Source: a virus
Taxonomy: Duplodnaviria > Heunggongvirae > Uroviricota > Caudoviricetes
Reading direction: 5' to 3' (one strand)
Virus record (IMG/VR): IMGVR_UViG_3300045973_000170
Location: 62,842 to 126,841 of that record
DNA: 64,000 nucleotides
In this document: positions 19,117 to 28,639 of the stretch, piece by piece
Layout of the letters: each line of letters opens with the position of its first letter
How positions within the stretch are numbered: the first letter of the stretch is position 1
The notes under the pieces: generated by a model
Database searches by the model: none
Told to the model about the DNA's origin: nothing
Seen by the model: the letters and a program-made list of their open reading frames with translations, nothing else
Translations under genes and position numbers: made by a program

Positions 19117-20949
19117 CTAGGACAGAAGAACAAAAGGGGCTGTATTAAAATACGCCATCACCTTTGTTCCGTTGTGATTCAACTCTTCCTTGAAGTAATC
19201 TTCAATCTTCCCTCTTCCAAACTCTCCTGAGAATATCTTCGTTCCCTCTTTACTGATCAACCCGAAGACGCTTAGGAACATCTTCTTTTTGAGCCAGAGA
19301 TAATCCTTTTCTCCCCCGCGAAAGAGGAAGTATGACACTTGAGCGCAGTGAAATTGGTTTTCTACCCATGTATCGTTGTCAGAGATAGAACGCTTCATTT
19401 TTCTGGTGGCCAATTCAATGAAGGCTTGTCCAAATGTTTCCAGAAGCTTCTCACCACCAAACTCTTTGGCATACGCTTCCAACAAAGATTTTGTATCCGG
19501 AATTTCTTTCAAAGTGAGGATTTTTGTATCCCCCAATTCCTTTAATGCCTTCGCATAAAGGTTTCGCATTTCGGTATTCAACTTACGATACTTCTCATGG
19601 ACAATCTTATGAAGAGCGAGTTTTCTCATCTTTACAATTTCAGGAATGATGTGATTACCAAATTCAGAGTAACGGAAAAACATGCGTTCCACTGTCTTTC
19701 CTGCCACACCACCTGTTTGCTGACCACCCACCCATAAACCGTTGAATCCACCGTCTGCCATGCTCTTGAGGATAAACTTGATTGATTCCCCATTCAATTT
19801 GATTTTCGTTCCGCGCTTAGTAATCTTATCATAATTGAAGGTGATTGGATACAACCATTGTTGAATCCTTGAATCGATCTTGAAGTCATCAAAGTGAATG
19901 GTGATCACTTTCTCAATGATATCATCCATCTGCTCTGAGGAAGACATAATTTCAGCCAGAAGCTTTTGAAATGGGTTGAAAAACTCAATGAGGTTCGCAT
20001 CTAATTCTGATTCAGAAGCACCAGAAATCTTGATTCGAATTGCGGAGTTGAGTGTTCTCGGAAGCTTCAAGGAAATAGGTATCAATGATTTGTTCTTGAA
20101 GTGCTTCTTAACGATGCTCCGATATGAATACAGATTGTGCTGTGTTTCCCCATCATCATTTATCAAATTGTCGATGATGTATGCGTCAGTAGCATTCAGA
20201 ATGTGCTTCTTGAATTCCTCAAGTATCTCGGCTTCCTTTGTGCGTTCCACCATGAAAATGTCTACGGATGAAAATATGCCAGTGTTCTGGGACGTTGGAT
20301 AATTCATCACGCGCTTAATCTTGCTCATCACATTATCTTTTATCTGTCTCGTCACCGCAGAATCTTGATCGTAGAACTTGTACAATGACAGGGGCTTTTT
20401 CACGACAGGATTGTTGGAGAATTCAATCGCCGCTGTAAAGACCTTTCTCAAATTCTCTGTATCATGCATTTTCCACTTCTTGGTGGCTCTATCGAATACC
20501 ACATTTGGAGAGACTTCATCCATCATTACCTTCATATTGTAGTCAGTGAAGTCCACATAGTCTCCACAAAATGCCTTTATCTTTTGTCCATCCTTGGCCG
20601 CTTTGGTGTTATTGTACAGCTTGAAATTTCCTGATGTGTTCAAGATAGATTTCAACAATCCTTGTGTCTTGTTGATCATGTCCGTGAGATTTACATCTTG
20701 AAGGATGGACTTCGTAATTTTGATTCCGGCTGGATAGGTAATCTTCCCCTCTCCACGGGCAACTTGTTCTGTTATCTTTTTCGAGATTTTTCCAACAGCG
20801 TTTGGGTCAGTCTGCTGTACAGTCAAAGGATTTATCAGTCGCACATCATCGAAAAACAGGTCGATGAATTCAGACTCCTTTGCCCGTGGATTCTTGGCGA
20901 GAAACACAAACGCAACAGTTTGTAGAATCTCATTGACTTCAGCGGCCAT
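19117..20949 (-). CDS. large hypothetical protein (610 aa)
   Basis: Long uninterrupted ORF. Confidence 0.55.
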   Translation of the reverse strand: MAAEVNEILQTVAFVFLAKNPRAKESEFIDLFFDDVRLINPLTVQQTDPNAVGKISKKITEQVARGEGKITYPAGIKITKSILQDVNLTDMINKTQGLLKSILNTSGNFKLYNNTKAAKDGQKIKAFCGDYVDFTDYNMKVMMDEVSPNVVFDRATKKWKMHDTENLRKVFTAAIEFSNNPVVKKPLSLYKFYDQDSAVTRQIKDNVMSKIKRVMNYPTSQNTGIFSSVDIFMVERTKEAEILEEFKKHILNATDAYIIDNLINDDGETQHNLYSYRSIVKKHFKNKSLIPISLKLPRTLNSAIRIKISGASESELDANLIEFFNPFQKLLAEIMSSSEQMDDIIEKVITIHFDDFKIDSRIQQWLYPITFNYDKITKRGTKIKLNGESIKFILKSMADGGFNGLWVGGQQTGGVAGKTVERMFFRYSEFGNHIIPEIVKMRKLALHKIVHEKYRKLNTEMRNLYAKALKELGDTKILTLKEIPDTKSLLEAYAKEFGGEKLLETFGQAFIELATRKMKRSISDNDTWVENQFHCAQVSYFLFRGGEKDYLWLKKKMFLSVFGLISKEGTKIFSGEFGRGKIEDYFKEELNHNGTKVMAYFNTAPFVLLS

Positions 20950-21433
20950 CTGATACTCCTAATCTGGATACATCGAAATTCTCTGGGTCTGTTTTCCCAC
21001 GAAACTTAGCAATGTCATGGTGGGTCACAATCTGTATATTGGGATATTGTTTTCTCAGCTTATCCATTAAGAGCTTCCCACTCTTGTATTGAGCTTCAGT
21101 GTATGGTTGATGACTGTTGGCAAAGCACACGCCGATAGAGAACTCATTCCAATGTAATTTTCCTCTATAAAACGACCAACCCGCATGATTGGCCATGAAC
21201 TTAGGATTTACTAACTGATAAACCTTTCCCTTTCTATCAATGTAATAATGATATGACTTATGTGTGTGTTTCAGATATGACAAAGCACCCGCTGATGTGG
21301 AACTTTCATCTGCATGAAGAACCACATAAGGCTGAGTGGTGTCACGAACCCCCTCATGATGATATCCCTTGAGTGGGATAATCGCCAATTGAAGTAACAA
21401 TAGAATTTTGAACATTGTCCTCCGTAAATGCAA
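20939..21433 (-). CDS. secreted N-acetylmuramoyl-L-alanine amidase (Amidase_2/PGRP fold)
   Basis: Signal peptide MFKILLLLQLAIIPLKG; amidase_2-like HAG...SIGV...HHD motifs. Confidence 0.55.
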   Translation of the reverse strand: MHLRRTMFKILLLLQLAIIPLKGYHHEGVRDTTQPYVVLHADESSTSAGALSYLKHTHKSYHYYIDRKGKVYQLVNPKFMANHAGWSFYRGKLHWNEFSIGVCFANSHQPYTEAQYKSGKLLMDKLRKQYPNIQIVTHHDIAKFRGKTDPENFDVSRLGVSDGR

Positions 21434-21480
21434 AGGCGTCCCATAAGTGTATTTATGGGACGCCTTTTCGTTATTGGTGA

Positions 21481-21975
21481 CTACACCTTGACCACAACAT
21501 TTGCATTGGGGCCAATGATTTCAGTCAAACGGTCAGCACAGAATGATGCGGCAGGGCTGTACGGCTTGCAAGCCACCAAGTCTACGTCACACGATCCACG
21601 CAGGAATCCCATGGCTTCTTCGACAATACATGAAGAGCCGTGTTCCTTCTGCTTGTTAATGTCGATGTGCAACTCGACATACTTATCCTGCAACAAGTCT
21701 TCCAAGCTGTGGAAGAACTCTGCCAACTTTGTGACTTCATTCATCAAGCGCATTGCTGGTTTGTTCTTCTTCTGATCGTAGTCTCGTTCCACTGAGGACT
21801 TACCGAAGACGCGACAACCGTTGCGCCCATTCATGTGAACGACAAGGCACAAAGTGTATTCAGCATACCACAGACCATTCTTTCTGAAACGGCATGAGTC
21901 AGAACCCAAGTAGTACTTGGTATCCGGCCCCTGTGTTTCAACGAATGCTGTAACTTCTGCCATGTCTATTTCCAT
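21481..21975 (-). CDS. hypothetical protein
   Basis: 164-aa ORF. Confidence 0.45.
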   Translation of the reverse strand: MEIDMAEVTAFVETQGPDTKYYLGSDSCRFRKNGLWYAEYTLCLVVHMNGRNGCRVFGKSSVERDYDQKKNKPAMRLMNEVTKLAEFFHSLEDLLQDKYVELHIDINKQKEHGSSCIVEEAMGFLRGSCDVDLVACKPYSPAASFCADRLTEIIGPNANVVVKV

Positions 21976-21978
21976 GAT

Positions 21979-22410
21979 CTAGCCTCCTTTATTGACCTCT
22001 TGAATGTTGTACCCCTTGTACTTCTTCTGAAGCTTTTGAAGCAAATCTAACTCTTCCTTCTCTTCGCGTAGCTTTCTCTCTGTTTCCTTTTCCTTTTCCT
22101 TGATACGCTGTACCATGGCGCGTTCCTTATCCTTCTTGGCCTTGGCAATACGCTTCTCTATTTCCTTTTCTGTCTCATCACGATACGGTGTGATGGTGGC
22201 TTCCAAATACGAATCGTAGCCATCATATGATTGACCAATATGAACAGTAGCATCGTCGCCATACTTGGCTACTGCTGTTAGAAGATATTCGATAAGTGAT
22301 GTGATTTTGTTGCCGCAAGGAAGTTCGTTGGTAATATCAATTTCCTTTTCCTGTACTCTGCGCGGCGTAGTATCAATTGCGAATTCTTCAGCTTTCTTTT
22401 TTGCCATCAT
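21979..22410 (-). CDS. hypothetical Lys/Glu-rich protein
   Basis: 143-aa ORF. Confidence 0.45.
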   Translation of the reverse strand: MMAKKKAEEFAIDTTPRRVQEKEIDITNELPCGNKITSLIEYLLTAVAKYGDDATVHIGQSYDGYDSYLEATITPYRDETEKEIEKRIAKAKKDKERAMVQRIKEKEKETERKLREEKEELDLLQKLQKKYKGYNIQEVNKGG

Positions 22411-22432
22411 GCCTCCATGATAATGTCATAAG

Positions 22433-22507
22433 AGCATCGTGAGGGATTTGAACCCCCGCATACGGGGGTTGCAATCCCGCGCCTTACCACTTGGCCAACG
22501 ATGCATA
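22433..22507 (-). tRNA. tRNA (anticodon arm ambiguous, possibly UGC)
   Basis: T-arm GGGGGTTCAAATCCCTC and 7-bp acceptor GCATCGT/ACGATGC. Confidence 0.55.
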
Positions 22508-22509
22508 AG

Positions 22510-22582
22510 AGGGAGAAGAGGGATTCGAACCCTCGCATAGTGGTTTTGCAGACCACGGCGTTAACCGCTTCGCCATTCTCCC
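22510..22582 (-). tRNA. tRNA-Cys(GCA)
   Basis: Acceptor GGGAGAA/TTCTCCC, loop CTGCAAA, T-arm GAGGGTTCGAATCCCTC. Confidence 0.7.
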
Positions 22583-22585
22583 AAG

Positions 22586-22659
22586 TCGGGGTAGAGGGAT
22601 TTGAACCCCCGACCTCTTGCTCCCAAAGCAAGCGCGATACCAAGCTACGCTATACCCCG
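22586..22659 (-). tRNA. tRNA-Pro(UGG)
   Basis: AC arm CTTGC-TTTGGGA-GCAAG; canonical T-arm. Confidence 0.7.
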
Positions 22660-22672
22660 TCTTGTACAACTA

Positions 22673-22747
22673 TCAGGTGGGAGGGAATCGAACCCTCTTC
22701 CTCGGCTCCACAGACCGATGCTCCTACCAACTGAGCCACGCACCTGT
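22673..22747 (-). tRNA. tRNA-His(GUG) candidate
   Basis: D-arm GCTCAGTTGGTAGGAGC, loop CTGTGGA; acceptor has one mismatch consistent with His G-1. Confidence 0.6.
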
Positions 22748-22756
22748 TACAACAGT

Positions 22757-22830
22757 ACCCCTAAAGGGATTCGAACCCCCAACCTTCTGATCCGTAATCA
22801 GACGCTCTATCCAGTTGAGCTATAAGGGCA
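22757..22830 (-). tRNA. tRNA-Arg(ACG)
   Basis: D-arm GCTCAACTGGATAGAGC, loop TTACGGA. Confidence 0.6.
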
Positions 22831-22858
22831 TGATTTACTCACACATAATTTCTCCTAG

Positions 22859-22933
22859 TGCGTTGGGTGGGCTTCGAACCCACGGAATCCAGTTTTTGAG
22901 GCTGGAATGTCTAGCCATTTGCATCACCAACGC
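22859..22933 (-). tRNA. tRNA-like with 9-nt anticodon loop (CCUCAAAAA)
   Basis: Perfect 7-bp acceptor GCGTTGG/CCAACGC and T-arm GTGGGTTCGAAGCCCAC; AC stem TCCAG/CTGGA encloses 9 nt. Confidence 0.45.
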
Positions 22934-22936
22934 CTT

Positions 22937-23025
22937 CAGTGCCTAAGGGGGGCATCGAACCCCCAAGACCATTGCTGGTCGCTGGATTTTGAGTCCAGTG
23001 CGTTTGCCAGTTTCACCACTCAGGC
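22937..23025 (-). tRNA. tRNA-Leu(CAA)
   Basis: AC arm CTGGA-CTCAAAA-TCCAG plus long variable arm. Confidence 0.7.
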
Positions 23026-23042
23026 ATATCTTTACTACAGTA

Positions 23043-23113
23043 GCCTCTGAGGGAATCGAACCCGTCATCTAGGGATTCAAAGTCCCCCGCCTTAGCCGTT
23101 GGGCGAAGAGGCC
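23043..23113 (-). tRNA. tRNA-Gln(UUG)
   Basis: Loop CTTTGAA. Confidence 0.55.
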
Positions 23114-23119
23114 ATTCAG

Positions 23120-23192
23120 TTGCCCATGGTAGATTCGAACTACCGTGTTAACTTTCAGAGAGTTACATCCTAGACCGCTGGATGAATGGGCA
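23120..23192 (-). tRNA. tRNA-Gln(CUG)
   Basis: Acceptor TGCCCAT/ATGGGCA, AC arm TAACT-CTCTGAA-AGTTA. Confidence 0.6.
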
Positions 23193-23227
23193 ATAATGTA
23201 TCCTAACACACTACGCACTGCTTGTCA

Positions 23228-23301
23228 AGGTCTAAATGGGGTTCGAACCCATGGCCTCTTCCTTACCAAGGAAGTGCTACCACCAACTGAGCTATTAGAC
23301 C
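23228..23301 (-). tRNA. tRNA-Thr(GGU)
   Basis: Acceptor GGTCTAA/TTAGACC, AC arm CTTCC-TTGGTAA-GGAAG. Confidence 0.7.
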
Positions 23302-23391
23302 AAAGTGATGTGGTACCGGATGACCACGATTCGAAGAACCTATGGGCCGCTGATCGGGTATGCATTTCCCCCAACCACATCACACTTCTAT

Positions 23392-23748
23392 TTATCCTAT
23401 TCCCCAACCCACCGTGTTCTTAAACATTTCTGGCCTCTCAGTGGGCTGATAACCACCTGTCTCTTCGTCACCCACCCATGTGTACCAATACTGTTCAAAA
23501 TCTCCACCATGAAAGGGATACAGACCCGTTGTGGTTTTCTCAATCACAAGCAGGGGGTAATACCCACATTCGTAGATATCTCCATAGTTGTTTAGGGCAA
23601 CATCTATGGCTTCATCTGCCTTTCGGAAGACACCCACACAACGACTGTCAAAGCTCTCTACGGGTTTATCGTCCCGTCCAAGAATTTTGCAAAACCTAAC
23701 CGTTGTCAGTGTCCACAGTTTCATTTCTTCCCGCCTCTGTCTGCCCAT
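23392..23748 (-). CDS. hypothetical protein
   Basis: 118-aa ORF. Confidence 0.45.
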   Translation of the reverse strand: MGRQRREEMKLWTLTTVRFCKILGRDDKPVESFDSRCVGVFRKADEAIDVALNNYGDIYECGYYPLLVIEKTTTGLYPFHGGDFEQYWYTWVGDEETGGYQPTERPEMFKNTVGWGIG

Positions 23749-23909
23749 GCATTAGCCCAAACCATCGAAATGATAACAAGGGCAAGGCAAATGTTGTAGA
23801 TATCCCCTGAGGTAAGTTTCATTAGATGAACCACCATGGGGCTTTCAACAGGTCAAAGGCATTCGGGTTACCCAAATCTTTGTCGCTCATGAAAATGTCC
23901 CAAAGGAGT

Positions 23910-24479
23910 CTACGCATTGACCACCTTCCTCCATGCCCCATCTGTTCCAACCACATACCCCTGACGCTTCCTACCCTGTCCAAGGACGTACTTCTTGCCC
24001 TTGCTGTGACAAGCCGCCGCAGGACGGCCATAACGAGTGCGAAGCTTTACCACTTCCATGGCTGTCATCTTCTTTCCCTTTCGTCCAAACATGGGCATCG
24101 TTAGAAGGGAACTGAAATTGCAAGCACCAGCCACATGTTCGGCCTTGAACTTGTACTTTCCGTCTTCATCAAGCTCAAGACAGATTTCCCACCACGCATC
24201 AACCTTCTCCTTGTCCAGAGCAAGAGCCTCTTCCCCGGCCTTCTGAAAGGCTTCACGGGCCGTCTTCTGCTCTTCAGTCTCATCGATCTTCGATGGGGTT
24301 GCATCACTCAAATCTGGAATCAACCAGACACCCTTTTCACCCCATACTGTCTTCTCGGTGACATGCCACACGGGTTCCGGCTTCTCTACAAGAACGTCCG
24401 AAATTGTTTCCAGTGTCTTCATTGCCTCATCATTTTCCAACTCAGCCGAAAGACCATCGGCACTCTTCAACGCTTCCAT
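23910..24479 (-). CDS. hypothetical protein
   Basis: 189-aa ORF. Confidence 0.45.
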   Translation of the reverse strand: MEALKSADGLSAELENDEAMKTLETISDVLVEKPEPVWHVTEKTVWGEKGVWLIPDLSDATPSKIDETEEQKTAREAFQKAGEEALALDKEKVDAWWEICLELDEDGKYKFKAEHVAGACNFSSLLTMPMFGRKGKKMTAMEVVKLRTRYGRPAAACHSKGKKYVLGQGRKRQGYVVGTDGAWRKVVNA

Positions 24480-24764
24480 TTACTCTCCCATGATAAAGGG
24501 TACAACGTCAACCCGATAATTCACTACACCATCAATACACGAATGTCCGAAATCAGGATCATCAAGCTCCGTGATATACTTCTGACGAATCTCGTCCTGT
24601 TTCTCATAACTCGACTCTTTCCACTCGTCATTCAAACGGTTTGCAATTGCCTGAAGACGATCCACTTCTTTGGTGGCATCTTCATAGACCGCAAACGCCT
24701 TGACATTTCGTGAGGAAGCGTCATCGTATTCACATGTTTCACACACCAAAATGTTCATCAACAT
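24480..24764 (-). CDS. hypothetical protein
   Basis: 94-aa ORF. Confidence 0.4.
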   Translation of the reverse strand: MLMNILVCETCEYDDASSRNVKAFAVYEDATKEVDRLQAIANRLNDEWKESSYEKQDEIRQKYITELDDPDFGHSCIDGVVNYRVDVVPFIMGE

Positions 24765-24778
24765 GATTTACTCCCATG

Positions 24779-24852
24779 CCCGTGGAGGGATTCGAACCCA
24801 CTACCTTGCGTTTAGGAAACGCCTACTCTGTCCTAATGAGCTACACAGGCAA
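24779..24852 (-). tRNA. tRNA-Arg(CCU)
   Basis: Acceptor GCCTGTG/CACGGGC, loop TTCCTAA. Confidence 0.55.
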
Positions 24853-24875
24853 TCTACCCCTTAGGAAGCCGCTTG

Positions 24876-25331
24876 TCAAGTGGGGCGACCAGACAACTCT
24901 TCCCTGACCTTCATCGAAATGATTCCCAACATGTTCTTTCCTTCTCCTTCGCATACACCCCAATACTTATCACCCCAAGTATTTCCTTCAATGAGGACTG
25001 CATCACCAGTGAATAGAAGCTTCTCGCGCAAGTCCTTGTGGGTCTGAAACTTTAGCTTCACCATGGAATACATAATTTCAACCTTGATTTCCTGCCAGTT
25101 ATCACGCAACTTGACCACTTTTCCAAACTGCTTGGCTTGGGCTGGTGTAGAAGCAAACATGATCTTCTTCATCTGCTCTTCGTCCACCGTCTTGAAACCC
25201 TGAAAGGCATGTTCAACGGTTGCCACCATTCCAATACCCCTGATGAGTATTGGGGCGGGGTAGAAATTACTCAAGAAGTAATGCTCCCCACGAAATTCCT
25301 CAACGACCTTCTGCCCTAACATATTTTTCAT
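24876..25331 (-). CDS. NADAR/YbiA-like (DUF1768) protein
   Basis: HYFLSNFY ... VEHAFQ motifs typical of the YbiA family. Confidence 0.55.
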   Translation of the reverse strand: MKNMLGQKVVEEFRGEHYFLSNFYPAPILIRGIGMVATVEHAFQGFKTVDEEQMKKIMFASTPAQAKQFGKVVKLRDNWQEIKVEIMYSMVKLKFQTHKDLREKLLFTGDAVLIEGNTWGDKYWGVCEGEGKNMLGIISMKVREELSGRPT

Positions 25332-25591
25332 GACGGTTTATTTCCTCCCCACACTTGACAATTTTCTCCCCGCGCATACCACGCAGGGCAAGGAAGTTCT
25401 TTCTTCTCTTCATCGGGTTGATATCCAGTAAACGCAATTCCCCAATGAATTCTCAATGATTGCCACTCCGGATGATCGTCACAAAATGAACATTCACCGG
25501 GAGCATGAAGCACCCTAGCATCGCAATGAGGAAATTGCCTAATGGCATTAAGAACATTCGATGGAATATTCGGTTGAACTGTTTTGTACAT
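25328..25591 (-). CDS. hypothetical Cys-rich protein (start trimmed to MYKTV to avoid tRNA overlap)
   Basis: ORF-track N-terminus would overlap tRNA 25596-25668. Confidence 0.35.
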   Translation of the reverse strand: MYKTVQPNIPSNVLNAIRQFPHCDARVLHAPGECSFCDDHPEWQSLRIHWGIAFTGYQPDEEKKELPCPAWYARGENCQVWGGNKPS

Positions 25592-25595
25592 TGAA

Positions 25596-25668
25596 GCCCC
25601 CCAACGGAATTGAACCGATGACTTAACTTTACGAGAGTTGTGTTTTGCCAACTAAACTAGGGGGGCGT
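25596..25668 (-). tRNA. tRNA-Thr(CGU)
   Basis: Acceptor GCCCCCC/GGGGGGC, loop CTCGTAA. Confidence 0.55.
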
Positions 25669-26222
25669 TACTTCAACAGATGGACAAGGACTTTCGCCAC
25701 CATCCGACTGTCATCAACGCCACGATGCGCCCTTCCTTCAAACATGCCAAGGTCTTCTGCACACTTACCCAATCCAGCATTGTAGCCGTACTTGGCCGCA
25801 AAGAGTGTCTTGACATTCAAATGCATATTGCTAAATGGATAACCCGTGTTGTTCCATTTGCAATTCTTCTCAAAGGACTTCCGATCATAGTCACCCCAAG
25901 AAGCAAAGATATTCTTGGCTGGCTTGTATTTCTGATCCATATAATCCAATGCCTGATGAAACGTCCTTCCTTCGGCCAGAATCAACTCATCAGTAATACT
26001 TGTCAGTTGGACACAGAACGGGGAAATCTCTGTGGTTGGGGGAATCACGATGATACCCTCTGAAACCCCAATCACCCTTGTCTTCACATCAACCGGGGTA
26101 ATACCAATCTCAATGATTTCGTTCCTCTGCTCTGGGAACTTGTTGGGTGGTCTGCCTTCCCAACACGTTGCCTCTATGTCGATGCACAGGATCGTTTTTG
26201 GCGTACTCATTGAATCCCCCAT
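25668..26222 (-). CDS. DEDD-family 3'-5' exonuclease
   Basis: Exo I motif CIDIEAT and downstream acidic motifs. Confidence 0.5.
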   Translation of the reverse strand: MGDSMSTPKTILCIDIEATCWEGRPPNKFPEQRNEIIEIGITPVDVKTRVIGVSEGIIVIPPTTEISPFCVQLTSITDELILAEGRTFHQALDYMDQKYKPAKNIFASWGDYDRKSFEKNCKWNNTGYPFSNMHLNVKTLFAAKYGYNAGLGKCAEDLGMFEGRAHRGVDDSRMVAKVLVHLLK

Positions 26223-26421
26223 AATGAAGTTCTTTGTTCCTTACACTTATTGTATGCGTAATTCGAATGCTTGGTATTCTTTTTCCGTTGTTCAGGTGTG
26301 GCTTGAATGTCACCACACACTGAACAACGGTTAAAGCGAATCTCGAAATTCACATGCTTAGGCGGGGTTACCCGCTTCCGTTGCTCTGCCAATTCGTGAG
26401 CGCATGTTTCAGACGGACAGT

Positions 26422-27099
26422 TCATAGACATTCTACCTCTTCAACGTCAAGGATTCTGACAAAGTAACTACCCGCATCATGATGCACCTTCTTGTGCATA
26501 TGACCTGAATATACACGCTTGGGATTCGTTTTGGCAATAGCCTCTGCCACCAAGTGGGATGAAATGTCCACCCAATTTGACGGTAGACCCCAACTCTCGG
26601 TGTTGATCATCGGAAAGTTGGAAAGAACCGTAGTCGGTGGAGGACAGTGGGTAATCAAAACATCCAACGGCTGACCACCAACATTCTTCACCAGACGCGC
26701 CACATCCTCTTCAGTGATTCTCTCCTGCTCCCACCACTCTTGGCGAGGGGGTTTGGTGTGACGCCACGCCTTGTCAACAGACTCAGCACCACCAAGGAAC
26801 CCAATGCGAAGACCTTCCATGGTCAACACCATCCCGCGAGGGATGTAGAAGAGATTCTTTGCCACTTCCTTCACCTTCGTCTTGGGCCACTCACCGATGA
26901 TATCAAAATTCTCATGATTGCCGTCGATGAAATAGACCGGACACTTGATTGCAGGGTAGAGATGATTCCACTCCATGACCATGCTGTGGGACACACCGAA
27001 ATCACCCACCTGAATGACAATGTCATCCTTGGTCACAAAGCGGTTAACTTTGACCATCGCCTCATAATACCCATGAATGTCACCCATCAGATAGATCAT
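26422..27099 (-). CDS. calcineurin-like metallophosphoesterase
   Basis: GDIHG ... GDF ... GNHE motifs. Confidence 0.6.
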   Translation of the reverse strand: MIYLMGDIHGYYEAMVKVNRFVTKDDIVIQVGDFGVSHSMVMEWNHLYPAIKCPVYFIDGNHENFDIIGEWPKTKVKEVAKNLFYIPRGMVLTMEGLRIGFLGGAESVDKAWRHTKPPRQEWWEQERITEEDVARLVKNVGGQPLDVLITHCPPPTTVLSNFPMINTESWGLPSNWVDISSHLVAEAIAKTNPKRVYSGHMHKKVHHDAGSYFVRILDVEEVECL

Positions 27100-27123
27100 A
27101 TCAATACCTCTGTAAAATTGTTC

Positions 27124-27196
27124 AAGCGGGTGATGGGATTCGAACCCACTGCAACTAGTTTGGAAAACTAGTGTTCAACCATATGAACTTCACCCG
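27124..27196 (-). tRNA. tRNA-Gly(UCC)
   Basis: Acceptor GCGGGTG/CACCCGC, AC arm CTAGT-TTTCCAA-ACTAG. Confidence 0.7.
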
Positions 27197-27201
27197 CATT
27201 A

Positions 27202-27286
27202 CGGAACCGGAGGGACTTGAACCCCCATGTGCCTTTCGACACGACAGTTTAGCAAACTGTTTCCTTACCATTCGGAACACGATTCC
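27202..27286 (-). tRNA. tRNA-Ser(GCU)
   Basis: AC arm ACAGT-TTGCTAA-ACTGT, long variable arm. Confidence 0.65.
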
Positions 27287-27288
27287 AA

Positions 27289-27663
27289 CTACGTTGTTAC
27301 TCTCACTGGTGTTCCACCCTTCTTAGAGTATTCCACCATATGTTTTGTTCCCTTGGAAGCACCAATGTTGCCGTGAAACGCTTCCACCACATCAGGGTGA
27401 GACTTGTCATACATCAACTTGTTTCGCACTGGCCCTGCCGCCCTACCATACCGTTCCCAATCAGCCTTAACCTCTAGTACATCGAAGCCTAGCTCTTCAG
27501 CAACTTCTCTGGCAATGGTGTCAGCCCCACGCGCACCACCCTCTACTATCAATGTAGTCAGGGGATCGTAGTCTGTCAAGACCCCGCGAATCTTTTCACG
27601 ATCCGTCCAGTTACGATCCCCTGTTACTAAGACAACCTTTACATATTCATGCCGTTCTTTCAC
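27289..27663 (-). CDS. hypothetical protein (Rossmann/SLOG-like)
   Basis: VVLVTGDRNW ... LIVEGGARGADTIA pattern. Confidence 0.35.
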   Translation of the reverse strand: MKERHEYVKVVLVTGDRNWTDREKIRGVLTDYDPLTTLIVEGGARGADTIAREVAEELGFDVLEVKADWERYGRAAGPVRNKLMYDKSHPDVVEAFHGNIGASKGTKHMVEYSKKGGTPVRVTT

Positions 27664-28627
27664 GGAACCTCTCGTACTGAGTGTTGTACTCTACACAAAC
27701 GTCCAAGCAGTTCTTTGAACAGATCGGGTCAGCCTTGGTGTCATGATTCTTGGCCCACGCTTCTCTGTCAGCCCTGAACCCCTCCTTCAACTCACCAATT
27801 GCCGCCCCACTCTCTCGCAAGTAGATGATGCAGGGATAGTGCTTCCCTTCCAAGATGGCCACATCATCCAAAACCAAAGAGCATCGTGAGGCATCACCGT
27901 CACGCAATCCACGCACTGGCAAGCTACGCTGGATGTTTCGAATTCTGTAAGCCAAGATCGGATACTTGTCCAACAAATCCTTGCTAACCTGAACATTGTT
28001 GAGTTTATCTCCATCCTGTGCCGCTGGAATGATACGAATGTCTGCCACACCCAAGGAATCAGCGAAACGAATAATGTCTTCAATTGATCCCTGATTGGCC
28101 TCAGTCAAGACTACACCAACTGTGGTGTAGACCAACGGGGATAGACGCTTGATGGTCGCTACAACGGCATCCCAAGCTCCTGAGACACCACCAGCCATCT
28201 TGTCGCCATCCTCTGCACAACAGGCATCCAACGAGATTGAGAAGTCGTTGACACCAGCATCGATCAAGCCCTGATAGATCGGCCAGATGCGCGAACCGTT
28301 TGACGAAACCGCAATGCGCTCAACTCCGCGAGCCTTGGCATACAACACCAAGTCTTCCAAGCCAGCGTACATCGTCGGCTCACCACCAGAGAAACGAATG
28401 TTTTTCAATCCCTCTTCGGTCAACTGCCAAATGGTCTTCAACGCTTCATTGATATCCAAGTCTGGGCCACCAATGCTACGGCAGTACGGACACTTGAAGT
28501 TGCATCGGCCTGTCAACAGAATTTCACCACGCTGTAACGGAGTGGTAGCATTTGCTGAACGACAACGCGCATCAGTCATAGTGTAGAATCCAATATCGTT
28601 TAACGAAATCACTGGTCGCGCTGTCAT
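27647..28627 (-). CDS. radical SAM enzyme with C-terminal Cys-rich (SPASM-like) region
   Basis: CNFKCPYC and RFSGGEPTMY motifs; C-terminal Cys cluster. Confidence 0.6.
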   Translation of the reverse strand: MTARPVISLNDIGFYTMTDARCRSANATTPLQRGEILLTGRCNFKCPYCRSIGGPDLDINEALKTIWQLTEEGLKNIRFSGGEPTMYAGLEDLVLYAKARGVERIAVSSNGSRIWPIYQGLIDAGVNDFSISLDACCAEDGDKMAGGVSGAWDAVVATIKRLSPLVYTTVGVVLTEANQGSIEDIIRFADSLGVADIRIIPAAQDGDKLNNVQVSKDLLDKYPILAYRIRNIQRSLPVRGLRDGDASRCSLVLDDVAILEGKHYPCIIYLRESGAAIGELKEGFRADREAWAKNHDTKADPICSKNCLDVCVEYNTQYERFRERTA

Positions 28628-28639
28628 TGTTACCCCCTG

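Noticed and set aside
22407-22825. ORFs 22407-22643, 22484-22669, 22501-22734 and 22601-22825
   Set aside because: They lie entirely within the dense tRNA cluster.
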